A program made the position numbers and the translations under genes. Below the pieces are notes generated by a model. The model was not told where the DNA came from. It saw only the letters and a program-made list of their open reading frames with translations, and did not search any database. A DNA stretch of 63,090 nt, counting the filler, from Basidiobolus ranarum (Eukaryota): assembly GCA_040143965.1 (NCBI GenBank). It is 23 parts of 23 records of this genome, joined end to end, with 100 filler letters (N's around TTAATTAATTAA, not from the genome) between each part and the next. Parts side by side here need not be neighbours in the genome. Positions count along the whole stretch, not along the records: positions 22,039 to 24,691 come from JASJQH010009977.1; positions 24,792 to 27,444 come from JASJQH010009978.1; positions 27,545 to 30,194 come from JASJQH010009980.1; positions 30,295 to 32,942 come from JASJQH010009981.1; positions 33,043 to 35,689 come from JASJQH010009982.1; 18 more parts are not named here. One strand, given 5' to 3'. This document shows positions 22,039 through 33,369 of this stretch, piece after piece. Within the stretch, counting starts at the first letter, position 1. Each line of letters opens with the position of its first letter.

Positions 22039-24691
22039 GTTTTCACTTATTGATTTATTGAGTAGAAAGTTGACATTTATAGTTTTGTCAAGATGTAAAC
22101 AAACTAACATGTAGAATATGTTAAGAAAGGTCCCAGGAACATGTGTGCAGAGTTTGGGGCTTCTAGCACAAGTTTGAAAAATCTATATATCTGAGAACTT
22201 CTAAGTTGGTAGAATATATTCCAGTGTCTGCAAACTTTTTTAGGCTTTCTGGGCCTACAAATCCACCTGGCTGATCCATATAGATCTTCTCAGTTAGCTC
22301 ACCATTTAAAAAAGCAGCTTTAACATCCATTTGATGTATAACAAAATGATATTTAGCTGAAATTGCTAAAATCAAATCTATTGAATTAAACTTTGCTACT
22401 GGAGTAAAAGTCTCAGTATAATTTATTCCTGGTGTTTAGGAATAGCCTTTGGCTACTAGTCTAGCCTTATATCTTTTATATTGCCAACATAGTTTTGTTT
22501 AACTTTAAACACCAATTGGCAGCCAATTGATTTTCTATCAGCAGGTAAGTAGGTGTAAATCCAGGTTTGATTTTCAATCAAAGCCTGATACTCATCAGCC
22601 ATTGCAAATCTCCAAAATTTTGTGCAAGAGCCATTTAGGGCCTCTTTTACAGTCTGGGGTTCATGTATTTGATCTGTGCAGGCATAGGCCTGATTTTGAC
22701 TCATTAATATAGTAATCAGGGCTATTTCTGATCTGATTTGATCACCTGGTTTGGGATATAGGTAAGACAACTACTGGCAATGTATTGGGCACTTCAGTAG
22801 GCAGAAATTTGGTTGAAGGGTCCACAGGAATGCTATTTTCTACATTGTTTTGGTTTCTATTATAATGCTGTTAGCTCTTTCTGTTGCAGGATCTTGACAT
22901 AATGGGGGTAGACTTTGGGTACTAGAAGCTACATATGATAGTGTGTCTTAGTTGCTTTATTCTTAAGAGTATAAGGTGACTTGAATAGTAGAAAAGTGAA
23001 TTGATTGTTTGAGATATTCAGGAGTTTGTGTAATCAGATACAGTAAATATGTGGGAGTAATGAGACATACTTGTTATATAGATATAGAGATATTCCTATT
23101 TAGAATATAGGGGCTATAGATATGTTGCTTTCTGTTTCTGATATATGTTTCATAACTAAAGTTAACTAAGATGTTGAATAAAGACTAATTATCCAACACC
23201 TTCCCTTAATTATTATTCAGCATTGTGCTTATATTCACTAATGCCTATTTTCTAAGCAATGCATCCAAAGATCCTCAAAAATTTTGAATCTGGTTTAACT
23301 CCAAACCAAGCTTAATATGGTGCAAAGTTAGACAGACTTTTAGTAAAACTCTTATTCTTCAAATATACAGCTGTAGCAACAGATTCCACCCAAAAGTTTA
23401 AGATAAATTTTGAGCATTTATCATAGATCTTGCCACTTCAATTATAGTCCTGTTAACTCTTTCAGCAACTCCATTTTGTTGAGGTAAATAGGGAGCTAGA
23501 GTTTCTTGCTTAAATCCATGAACTTTGCAAATGTGATTAAATAGTGTTGAAGTATATTCTCCAACATTATAAGCAGGTATTTTCTTATATTTACAGTTTT
23601 GTCAAAATATAAGCAAACCAACATGTAGAATATGTTAAGGAAAGTCACAGGAATATGTGTGCCAAGTTTGGAGCTTCTAGCACAAGTTTGAAAAGTCTAT
23701 ATATCTTAGAACTTCTAAGTTGGTAAAAATATTCTAACTAAATTCCAATTGAGAATAATTGATGATATCTTAGTGAGCTATAAGATAATTAAGTACTAAG
23801 TTATATATGACTATATAGGTGTTTAGGCAATGCTAATTTCAACAAACATTGAGGTGGCCTTGCATGCAGATATTAAAATCTTGGCAATATTGGGACAATG
23901 TAGTACTTTCTCAAAGGTGTACACTTTCTCTTCAGAAGCACTAGTTAAATTGACTTGAATTGCTCCCATTCCAATGGCATACAACATACAGTCATCTCCC
24001 ATGAAAACCTTTTTAATTGGGATTTCTTCATAATCCACAAATCAATGTTTCTCATTTGTGAAATGTTGAGAGGCTCCAGAATCAATATCACATGTATGAG
24101 AATTCTTGTTGATAGTCATAGATAGAGCAGATATGAACAAGTGATCTTCTGCTATCATCACATTTCCAGATTCAGTATGTTTTTCTTCTTTTGCAATTCT
24201 TTAAAGGCAATCATTACTTGAATGGACAGTGCTTTTACAGTAATTACTGAATGTGTTAGTTTTATTCTTAAAGGGCCTTTGACCTTTATAGGAAGGTATT
24301 CCATAGCCATATTTTCCCAATAATAGGAAGATTTCCCATTGACTATTGAAGCATTTTCTTCATTCTTTTGGTTGGATCCCCATTTGTGTAAATCTTCATC
24401 CAGAAGTCTATCAAGTATGTAATTTAAGGTCACCTTTAAGTTAAAGAATTGATATTTAGTTATGTCAAGATATAAATAAACTAATGTGAAAAATATCTTA
24501 AGTAAGGTCCACCAACTTCTCTGTTTTTCTAAACCATTTCTGACAGCTCCCAAATTTTCAGATAATATTGGGAAACTATGGGCTGTTTGGAAGAACTTTA
24601 CAAAAGTGGAGTTGTGAATAGCTTTGTGAGATAATTGTTTATTGTCCTGAAATAAACCATTTATTTTTTTGGTAGAAATACAGAAAACTAA
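22039..24691 (-). mobile_element. Nested Ty1/copia debris: gag zinc knuckle, protease, integrase and RT start interrupted by LTR-C (22039-22222, 23587-23844), LTR-D (22869-23198) and an LTR-B end (24566-24691)
   Basis: [37 protein letters not shown] homologies within the window. Confidence 0.88.
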
Positions 24692-24791
24692 NNNNNNNNN
24701 NNNNNNNNNNNNNNNNNNNNNNNNNNNNNNNNNNNTTAATTAATTAANNNNNNNNNNNNNNNNNNNNNNNNNNNNNNNNNNNNNNNNNNNN

Positions 24792-25746
24792 AGCCAATAT
24801 CTCAAAAATCTAGGATCTGAGCACAAAACTGCAGTAAAATGAAAATTGCGGCATTTGAGATGAACTGTAGATCTAGTTCTGGAATACTCTGCCACTCCTG
24901 AAGCATGAAATATTGAAAGCTACAGTTATGCAGACTAGGGAATAAATCTTGATGATAGAAGACCAACAACCAGGTACATGTTCCTCTAAAGTAGTGGAGC
25001 CATAACCTGGAGTAGTAACAAGGAACCAACTGTAGCACTTTCCACTACAGAAGCATATGGCCACCTCTGCTACTACACAAGAAGCTATGTAGTTAAGAAA
25101 GTTATTTACAGACTTAGAATACATGCAAAAAACATGCTCTTACTTTATTTGAAGATAAGCAAAGTTGTATTTTATTAGCTAAAAACCCAACATTTCATGC
25201 CAGAACAAAACATATAGATATTAGGCATCAGTTTGTTAGAGAAGCAATACAGAATGATAAAACTGAACTCGTCTATTGCCCTACTAAAGAAACAATTGCT
25301 GACATCCTAACTAAACCATAAGCTAAAGTGCAATTTGAAATAGAAAGATATAAGTTAGGTTTAAGAGAAATACAAATAGTTAGTTGAGTGGGAATGTTGA
25401 AAGTAGGTAAATAGCAATTCTTTATTCTGTAGTTAGTTTATTCATACTGTGATTATTTAGCATTCAATTCTGCCTTTCAAAAATGTGTGTTTATTGCTCT
25501 AATTGATAGAAATATCAATGAGATCACTTTTACCAATTTTCACTATATTCTCAAAACTTCTCCAAATCACCTCAACTTTTCACCCATGCTTAACAGGCAT
25601 GTTTGATATGATCTCAGCATGTCCAATAGTTCTCATCCATAGTAAGCTATAAATAGGACATATTCAATTCTCTAAAACTTAAGTGTCTAATTCACAAATC
25701 CAAATCCTATCCAAAACACTTCCAAATCACCTCAACACTTTTATCA
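24792..25746 (+). mobile_element. Ty1/copia 3' end: RNase H, PPT (25382-25394), complete LTR-A (25395-25746, 352 bp, TG...CA)
   Basis: AKNPTFHARTKHIDIRH, IADILTKP, PPT AGTTGAGTGGGAA, TGTTGA...TTATCA. Confidence 0.92.
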
Positions 25747-25759
25747 ATTTGTTTTTGAT

Positions 25760-26300
25760 GAGGACTGAGTTCAGAGCCAAATAGCTACCATATATTTAGT
25801 GGGCTCCATCCTTATTCTTGACAAACTAGATTGGCACAACCCCTGGTCACTTTTTTGGTCCAATTTATACTTGCTACAAGTATTAGTCAATATGCTTTCA
25901 TATTCATTGCAGCTTCATGAAACTCATGTGATATGGTGCTTTGTTAAGAGGTCCACTGCCTTGTGTAATGGTGGAAACATCTTCTGCTCAGGCAGGTAAA
26001 AGCTTGGGCAATTCTGCTGGAAATTTGTCTTAAGAGTATTGTAATACTTTGTTGCTGCTGTTGGGACATCCTATGGCTCCTTGTTCTGCAATAGTGTATT
26101 TAGAAATTTCTCTTGCTTCTTCTTGACATCTTTGGTGCACTGACTCTTACTGGGAGAAATCTCATGCTCCTGCTTGGCCTTGATAGTGCTGTACTCCATT
26201 TCAGTTTGAGTAAGCTGTTAGTGTTTGTTTTTGATATGCACAGTAATCTTGTGTGTTCTACAATCTATACTTAGATAATCCTGAAACAGCCAAGTTCTTC
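25760..26300. pseudogene. Degenerate Ty3/gypsy protease/RT-start fragments
   Basis: Minus strand GSGPLNKAPYHMS..LQ; plus strand WHNP and FGPIY motifs. Confidence 0.45.
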
Positions 26301-26478
26301 CATGCACCAAGTCAAACTTAGAACTCATATACAAGAGAACATGTATTTTATCATAGTAGTATCCTGTGATAATTCACAGGTGACTTGTAATCAACATAGA
26401 AAGTGTATTGTTCCATCTGCAAGAGAATCTGTGATGTTTACTTTAACAGAAATAAGTTGATTTGATACATATTGTATC

Positions 26479-27444
26479 TGATCAAAGTGCTTAGGAGATT
26501 TGGAGGTGTTTTGGAAATGAGTTGGATTGGTGTAACTTATGATTTTTTCAACTGAATAAGTGCTGTTAATAGTTTACTATGAAATAGGGCTATAGGACAA
26601 GCTTAGATTAAAACCAACATACCTGTAAAGCATTGGTTAGAGTTTGAGATGCTTTGGAGAGGATGTGAGAAAATAAAGAAAGTGATAAAAGTGATCAAAT
26701 TGATATTACTATCAATCAGAGCAATAAAAACACACTTTTGAATGTCAGAGTTAAGTGCCAAATAATCAGAATATCAATAAACTAACTATTACAACATGAG
26801 CTGCTATTTACCTATTATCAACATTCCCACTCAACTAATTATTTTGTATTTCTTTTGAACCTAACTAATATCTGGGTAATTAAAATCATACTTTTGCTAA
26901 TAGCTTGGTAAAGATGTTAGCAATCATTTCTAAGCGGGGGCAATAGACAACTTTAATTATGGTGTGCTCTATTGCTTCTCAGACAAAAAAATGCCCAATA
27001 TATATATATTATGCACTACTTTGAGAAGTTGGGGTTTTTGGTAATTAAGAACCACATTGAGTTGAAATTAGATAAATAGCAACTCATTGTGTAGTAGTTA
27101 GTCTATTTGTAATCTGCTTATTTAGTACCCAATTCTGCCATTCAAAATGTGTGTTCATTGCTCTGATTGATAGAAATATTGAATAGATCATTTTTACAAA
27201 TTTCTACTATTTTCTCAAAACTAATTTCAACAAAACTATATGAAATAAGCTGTCAAACAAGGCGTAGAAGATTAGGCCACATTGAGGAAAAATGACTGGC
27301 CTAAATACTCTGAAATCAGCTTGTTTCAGGCATAGAAATTGAAAATATCAATAAATTGGATATGTGATAAAGTTATATATATGGAAAACATTACAGACAG
27401 CTACTTCAAGTTCTGTAGAGATCAACTCCACTCAGAATGTTGCC
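26479..27444. mobile_element. Second copia 3' end on the minus strand (LTR-A 26479-26823, PPT, RNase H end), then a partial plus-strand LTR-A and a GAG-pre-integrase fragment
   Basis: TCAACA-TTCCCACTCAACT junction, MIANIFTKLL, and an RLGH motif at ~27270. Confidence 0.82.
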
Positions 27445-27655
27445 NNNNNNNNNNNNNNNNNNNNNNNNNNNNNNNNNNNNNNNNNNNNTTAATTAATTAA
27501 NNNNNNNNNNNNNNNNNNNNNNNNNNNNNNNNNNNNNNNNNNNNCTGTTTCCAAAATGGTAAATAACATCGTGCCGGATAGTGCCCAATCATGCCAATTT
27601 GTGCTGGCACACTTTTTAGCTGGCCTGATCTGGCTCAATAAAATGGAACAAGTCT

Positions 27656-28023
27656 ATACTGCCATGCGACCTTGGCCACGGCCAGTCAAAAGAGATGAAG
27701 CTTCTACTGTGGTTGAAGAGGCAAGAACTGCCAAATACAAACCACAAGATAGATGACTTGCTCCAACACATACTGCCATGCAACTACGGTCATGGCCAGT
27801 CAAAAGACATGAAGCTTCTACTGTAGTTGGAGAAGAGACTGTAGACACAAACAAACCGCAAACTAGACCAAACAAGCCAACGCATACCACAGCACATTGA
27901 CCTCAAGCCACAACTCATGCTGGCTGAGATAGAGGAACTTCAGTAGGATCAAACTGACCAACTCAGCGCAGAGGTTCAAGCAAAGTTCCTTCCATGGAAA
28001 TATCAAGGAGACAACAAAAGTAA
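27656..28023 (+). pseudogene. Unidentified coding remnant with an in-frame 114-bp tandem duplication
   Basis: Units start at ~27655 and 27769 (TAM....PVKR.EASTVV). The frame is broken only by TGA codons. Confidence 0.5.
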
Positions 28024-29127
28024 CAGAAGCAAATCGGCATGTACTGCTTCAAGCCTAGGCAACTGCTGAATACTCTTGTTAATACTTACATTATCCTATC
28101 TTTAATGTGTAGCGCATCATGCAAAATTGATTTGGATTGCAGTTAAATATAGCATAAATTGCATTAGTTAGATCATGAGCACCTATGTGTTTATCAAACA
28201 CTGATAGCGTGAAATTGTCAAATATCAAAAAAAATCAATGATAGCCTATGAATACAAGCGATTTCACTACAATCAAATGAAAAATGTATGTCAATAAAAA
28301 GCTTGAGCAGCCATATTGGCTTGATATGGCTCAATCCGTTCGTATTTTCACCCAATTAGAAGCTGACATGATTGAATAAATAATTTGCTGATCTAAAAAT
28401 GATGAATCAAGCGATCCTGATCACTACTATCATACTGCAGATTGATCCATCATCAAGTGCTGTGATTTGTCACCGGTGTGCCAAAACTACTGGTGTTTTG
28501 TAATGCAGGAGCTGTTGTGCCCAATTGAAAATCAGGATATTGTGTTAGTGAGGGGCAAATGATTGGCCTAAAAACATGTGAATGTCTTGGTTATACATTT
28601 GATTGGGTAAGTTACAGTATAAATTGTTTATTGTTACATATTCAGTAATTTGTAACTTTCAAACTAGGGGATCAATTTACTTTGTCAGTTACCCAAAATT
28701 GTAATTTGGCAATACTAAATCAGGTAACTTGGTACAGGCTGGCACAATATCTCCAAAAAAATCATTGCGTCCGATTGTGGTGGGATAGTGCCATATTGTT
28801 CCTTTTAGTGTCCAATTGAGTGTTATAGGACCCAGCCATGGTAATTGACAGATCGTGCCAGATGGTGTACTAGCAGGCTGGATTGAGCGGCACAATCTGA
28901 CCTGGTCCAATGGAACAAGTCTACAGTTGTTTTTGATCAAAGAAGCTTTAGGACTTGATCAAGATCAAAGGACATTGATACCAGCATATTCTTTTGTCAA
29001 GGCACCAGTCATTTCTTCAACAGAAAGTTGGACATTGCATTGTGATTATCATTCCTAGAGAAACTTGTGGTTTTAAAAACTTCCCCCTCCCAACATAGTA
29101 AGTATTATGTCTATGGCAGCCCACACA

Positions 29128-29678
29128 ATGGAAGATGTTATGTGATCCCTTACTCAGCTTCAGCAAGAAAATCAAGGACTCTGTACTTCCATTGCTCAAG
29201 TACAGAATCCAGCTCCACCAAACTATACTCAATTCCTACTCCTGAACCCAAAATCTCCTTACAAATAAGTTTGATGGTACTCACCAAAACTATCGTGATT
29301 TTATTAACCAAGCAAAGCTTATCATACAGTTACATCCCCATCGCTACCCCTCTGACCAAACAAAAGTAGGCTTAGTGGCAACACTCTTATCAGGAACAGC
29401 TCTGTCTTGGTTTGCTCCTTTAATGGAAAGTCAATCTCCACTTCTTTCAAACTTCCTTGCCTTTCTTGCTGAACTGCAGGCCACATTTGGAAATGCAGAT
29501 AAAGAAAGAACTTCAGCCACCAAGCTCTGTGTACTTAAACAAGGGTTACAACCTGCATCAACTTATGCTGCAGAATTCCGCCTTCTTGCCTGTGATCTCA
29601 ATTGGGGAGAATCTGCCCTGATCAACCAATTCCAACATGGACTCCAAGAAAATATTAAGGATCTTTTACTCCCTATGG
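29128..29678 (+). pseudogene. Ty3/gypsy (chromovirus-type) gag remnant
   Basis: PEPKISL..KFDGT, LLSGTALSWFAPL, LKQG..ASTYAAEFRLLA.DLNWGESALINQFQHGL. Confidence 0.9.
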
Positions 29679-30194
29679 TATTGGGAAAATATGGACTGTT
29701 TGGAGGAACTTTAGAAAAGTGGAGTTGTGAATAGCTTTGTGAGATAATTGTTTATTGTCCAGAAATAAAGCATTTATACTTTTTGTTGGAAATATAGAAA
29801 ACTAACACTGGGGTTGTGTTCAGAACATCTGTGGGAGTAAAATGAGCTATCTTTGGGGCAATTTGGACGAGTTTGAAATTTCCACTATGGAATTGCTAAT
29901 TCTCACATTATTCACATATATATATAATATATGTTCCAATTTTCAGCTAAGTGACATTTGACTAAGTAATGTTAACTAACTTATATGTGATATATGAAAT
30001 AGTCAGGTGTATAACGATAGAGATAACAAATATGTTAAAGACAATAAACTTCAACACTCCCACTCAACTAAATATTCATATAACTTAATCCTAACTTAAA
30101 TCTTAATTCTTCAAATTTAGGCTTGGGTAATGGTTTGGTAAGGATGTCAGCAATCATGTCCTCAGTTGGACAGTACTGTAGTTGGATGTGCTTA
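29679..30194 (-). mobile_element. Ty1/copia 3' end with complete LTR-B (29679-30056), PPT and RNase H end, inserted in gypsy gag
   Basis: YCPTEDMIADILTKPLPK, PPT AGTTGAGTGGGAG, TGTTGAAG...TTCCCAATA. Confidence 0.9.
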
Positions 30195-30402
30195 NNNNNN
30201 NNNNNNNNNNNNNNNNNNNNNNNNNNNNNNNNNNNNNNTTAATTAATTAANNNNNNNNNNNNNNNNNNNNNNNNNNNNNNNNNNNNNNNNNNNNGGCCAG
30301 TTTGGGATGATACAAAGCGGGGCGAATGGCCCCCTGCGGCCTCTTAAAAGGGGGAGTTCCTAAAACCCCCCCCTCTCGGAAGCCTGTCCCCAGTAAAGGG
30401 GG

Positions 30403-31326
30403 CACCTTCCTGCCGAAATTGGAGATTATACCGATTTCTATGCCTCAAAAGAGCATGCCACCAACGTTGGAATTATGTTCCGTGGTAAAGAGAATGCACT
30501 TATGCCTAACTGGACCCATCTTCCAGTTGGTTATCACGGAAGAGCTTCTAGTGTTGTTGTTTCTGGTACTGACCTTGTTCGCCCCAACGGTCAACGAGTT
30601 GCTACCAAAGGTGAACCACCAGTCTTCGGTCCTTCTGTTCGTTTAGACTATGAATTAGAAATGGCATTCTTAGTTGGTACCGGTAACGAGCTTGGTAAGC
30701 CAATCACCATTAACGCCGCCAAAGATCATATTTTCGGTGTTGTTGTCATGAACGATTGGAGTGCTCGTGATATCCAATCTTGGGAGTATGTTCCATTGGG
30801 TCCTTTCCTCGGTAAGAACTTTGGTACAACCATCTCCCCTTGGGTAGTCTCCTTGGAAGCTTTGGAACCATTCTTGGTTGACCAACCCCATCAAGATCCC
30901 CAACCTTTACCTTATCTTAGGGATAATGAGAAGGCAGGTTACGATATCAACCTTGAAGTTCAAATCAAACCAAGAGGAACCAATGAATACCACACTGTTA
31001 CACGCTCTAACTTGAAGTACATGTACTGGTCTTTCAAGCAGCAACTTGCTCATCATGCTGTTAACGGATGTAACATGCGTACTGGAGATCTCTGCGGTAG
31101 TGGTACTATTTCTGGACCTACCGAGGATTCTTTCGGTTCTCTTTTGGAACTTACCTGGTCTGGTCAAAAGGAATTGGACCTTGGAGGTGTCAAGCGTAAG
31201 TTCATCGAAGATGGCGATGAAGTTTTGATGACCGGATTTTGCAAGGGTGATGGGTACACCATTGGATTTGGTGATTGCGTGGGAAAAATCATTTCTGCTG
31301 TCAACTATGAACAAATCAATTTATAA
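30403..31326 (+). CDS. fahA: Fumarylacetoacetase (tyrosine catabolism), 5'-truncated
   Basis: [78 protein letters not shown]. Confidence 0.96.
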   Translation, partial: HLPAEIGDYTDFYASKEHATNVGIMFRGKENALMPNWTHLPVGYHGRASSVVVSGTDLVRPNGQRVATKGEPPVFGPSVRLDYELEMAFLVGTGNELGKPITINAAKDHIFGVVVMNDWSARDIQSWEYVPLGPFLGKNFGTTISPWVVSLEALEPFLVDQPHQDPQPLPYLRDNEKAGYDINLEVQIKPRGTNEYHTVTRSNLKYMYWSFKQQLAHHAVNGCNMRTGDLCGSGTISGPTEDSFGSLLELTWSGQKELDLGGVKRKFIEDGDEVLMTGFCKGDGYTIGFGDCVGKIISAVNYEQINL

Positions 31327-31860
31327 TCATATTGTTTATTTTAATCATTCCCAATTCATCCATTTAAATTCATAAATAGCCCGACATTTTGTAACATGAA
31401 ATCATTAAAATCAGAGCTTGCCAATTACTTTAATCGATCCCAAGTATTTATTCTCTTACTGAAATGAAAACGTTGGCTTATTTAAGGGGTTTTTGGGGGC
31501 GTTAAAGATGTCTAGGTCAGTCTACTTCAGATGATTTTTGTACCTTTTTCTGCGTGCGCAATCCAGGAATAGGAAGAAAAGACTATTTCTGGCACAGAAT
31601 AGAGTGATTTTGCATTTGAAAGTACAAATTTTTGGATGTATTATGTGAAATGAATGAAGTTACATCCATTTGAAGGTAGAAGTTGATGGACCAGAATATA
31701 TGGGAATGAAATTAGTCGAAGCTCTTCAATTTGAAAGGATCCGGATAAGACTCTGGAAGTGTAAGATAGTCATCACTCCAGAAATTTATTAATTTGTTTG
31801 AGAATATGCTTCCCATGACGAATTATATGAATTCATGGATATGGTTAAATGGTAATGAAG

Positions 31861-32262
31861 TTAATCAAAGATATTCTTCAATTTGAAGGAGTTCGAGTCA
31901 AGGCTACACTTCTGATTGTCACTGGTTTTGGCACTCACTTGGAAATGGTAGTTCCCAGTAGGAACGTCCAAAGGTAGTGTGAATTCCGCTGATCCCCAAG
32001 TGCCGGCTGGCTTGTTTGGACTGTCGAAGATCTCGTTTACCGAGTTATCGCTGCTGACCAAGGCAATGGTGGTGATTGTTTTGACTTTAGAGGCACCAGT
32101 ATCCCAAGAGATACCTTGATTCGATCCGGTGTTCCAAGTGAGTCCGGGGTTATTGGGAGGTGAGGTCAAGCGCCAGCCTTTGCAGCTAGATGGTACTGGA
32201 GCTGCCTGAACGACGGAGAGTATGGCAGCGGTAGCAAGAAGAATGATGTTGGTTAGATGCAT
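31861..32262 (-). CDS. Small secreted beta-sandwich protein (Kre9/Knh1 N-terminal-like Ig fold), 133 aa, intronless
   Basis: Signal peptide ending VQA-AP. Pattern TSP..W..G....ISW...FTLP.DVPTGNY...S.SF.L, two Cys, TATAAAA at ~32317-32323. Confidence 0.75.
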   Translation of the reverse strand: MHLTNIILLATAAILSVVQAAPVPSSCKGWRLTSPPNNPGLTWNTGSNQGISWDTGASKVKTITTIALVSSDNSVNEIFDSPNKPAGTWGSAEFTLPLDVPTGNYHFQVSAKTSDNQKCSLDSNSFKLKNIFD

Positions 32263-32435
32263 TGTTTCGTGACTGAAAGGTGTGAATACTTTTTTGGATA
32301 TCAAGGATGGTCACTCTTTTATATGAGTCTTGTAGGACGAGTGAAGCAGTGAGATCCCTCCATTACCATCTCTCAGGGAGAGAGAAAGAGGGGGCGGGCG
32401 AAGGAATAAGAAATTCAGGTATATTCACTAAAGAA

Positions 32436-32942
32436 ACCAATAGACCTAACTTTGTGGACGAAAATAGATATGTTTAACTATAGAGACGCACATGTGCTAA
32501 AGATGCAGTATGTGGCCTTCGACTTTACTGAGTGTAACATTAGTGGCGTCAAACCCAAGTTGCGCAGCAGAACCGAAGACAACTAGTCCTAGCACTGCAA
32601 GCAATATTGTTGTATTTGGAAACTGAGCAGTGATGGGTGTGAATTTCGGAAAACATGACATGATAGAGTCAATGTTACCTTGGCCAGTTCTCTGAAAATT
32701 GTGCGAAGTATACGTTCATTGTGAAACGGATCTTCTGCATTCCTCATTTAGTATTTTCCACATAAATAGAAATAGACATGATCATCGTTAGTAGTGGGCT
32801 TTCAAAATGAAATTGTGTTTTTTGAATAGCGCCACTTATGTTACACTCGGTAAGGTTGAAGGTCACATACTGCATCTTTAGCACATGTGCGTCTCTATAG
32901 TTAAACATATCTATTTTCGTCCACAAAGTTAGGTCTATTGGT
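32436..32942. repeat. Inverted repeat with 113-bp arms (32436-32548 / 32830-32942); right arm cut by the contig end
   Basis: Outer 79 bp identical, inner 34 bp with 5 mismatches. Confidence 0.93.
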
Positions 32943-33369
32943 NNNNNNNNNNNNNNNNNNNNNNNNNNNNNNNNNNNNNNNNNNNNTTAATTAATTAANN
33001 NNNNNNNNNNNNNNNNNNNNNNNNNNNNNNNNNNNNNNNNNNCTTAATTCTCACCCATTAAAACACTTTCTCAAAACTCAACATTATTTCATATCCTAAA
33101 AACCCATTCCACTAGCAAATTAATTCATTTTTGAGATCTTCAACTTAACATGGTCAACACCATAGAAGACATTTTGCCTATTTGCATATAGAGAGCACTT
33201 CGTTGAGGAGACTAAAGATGGAATTTATATTGTTAGTAAAGCACAAATTTATATTGCTATTCTGACGATACATGAAAGAAGGTTGAAGCAAATTGAATCC
33301 ACAGGTAACAATAGTTTATTACTTCAATTACAAGTGCTTCGATACAAAGATGTAGTCAAATACTGGAGT

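Noticed and set aside
30295-30402. Divergent GC-rich N-terminus of fumarylacetoacetase
   Set aside because: Homopolymer-rich and frame-disrupted at a contig edge, consistent with a low-quality read end.
30670-31314. Antisense or overlapping ORFs on FAH (likewise on RPL28, PAP2, the 445-aa gene and TE remnants)
   Set aside because: Shadows of codon-biased sense genes with no independent motifs.
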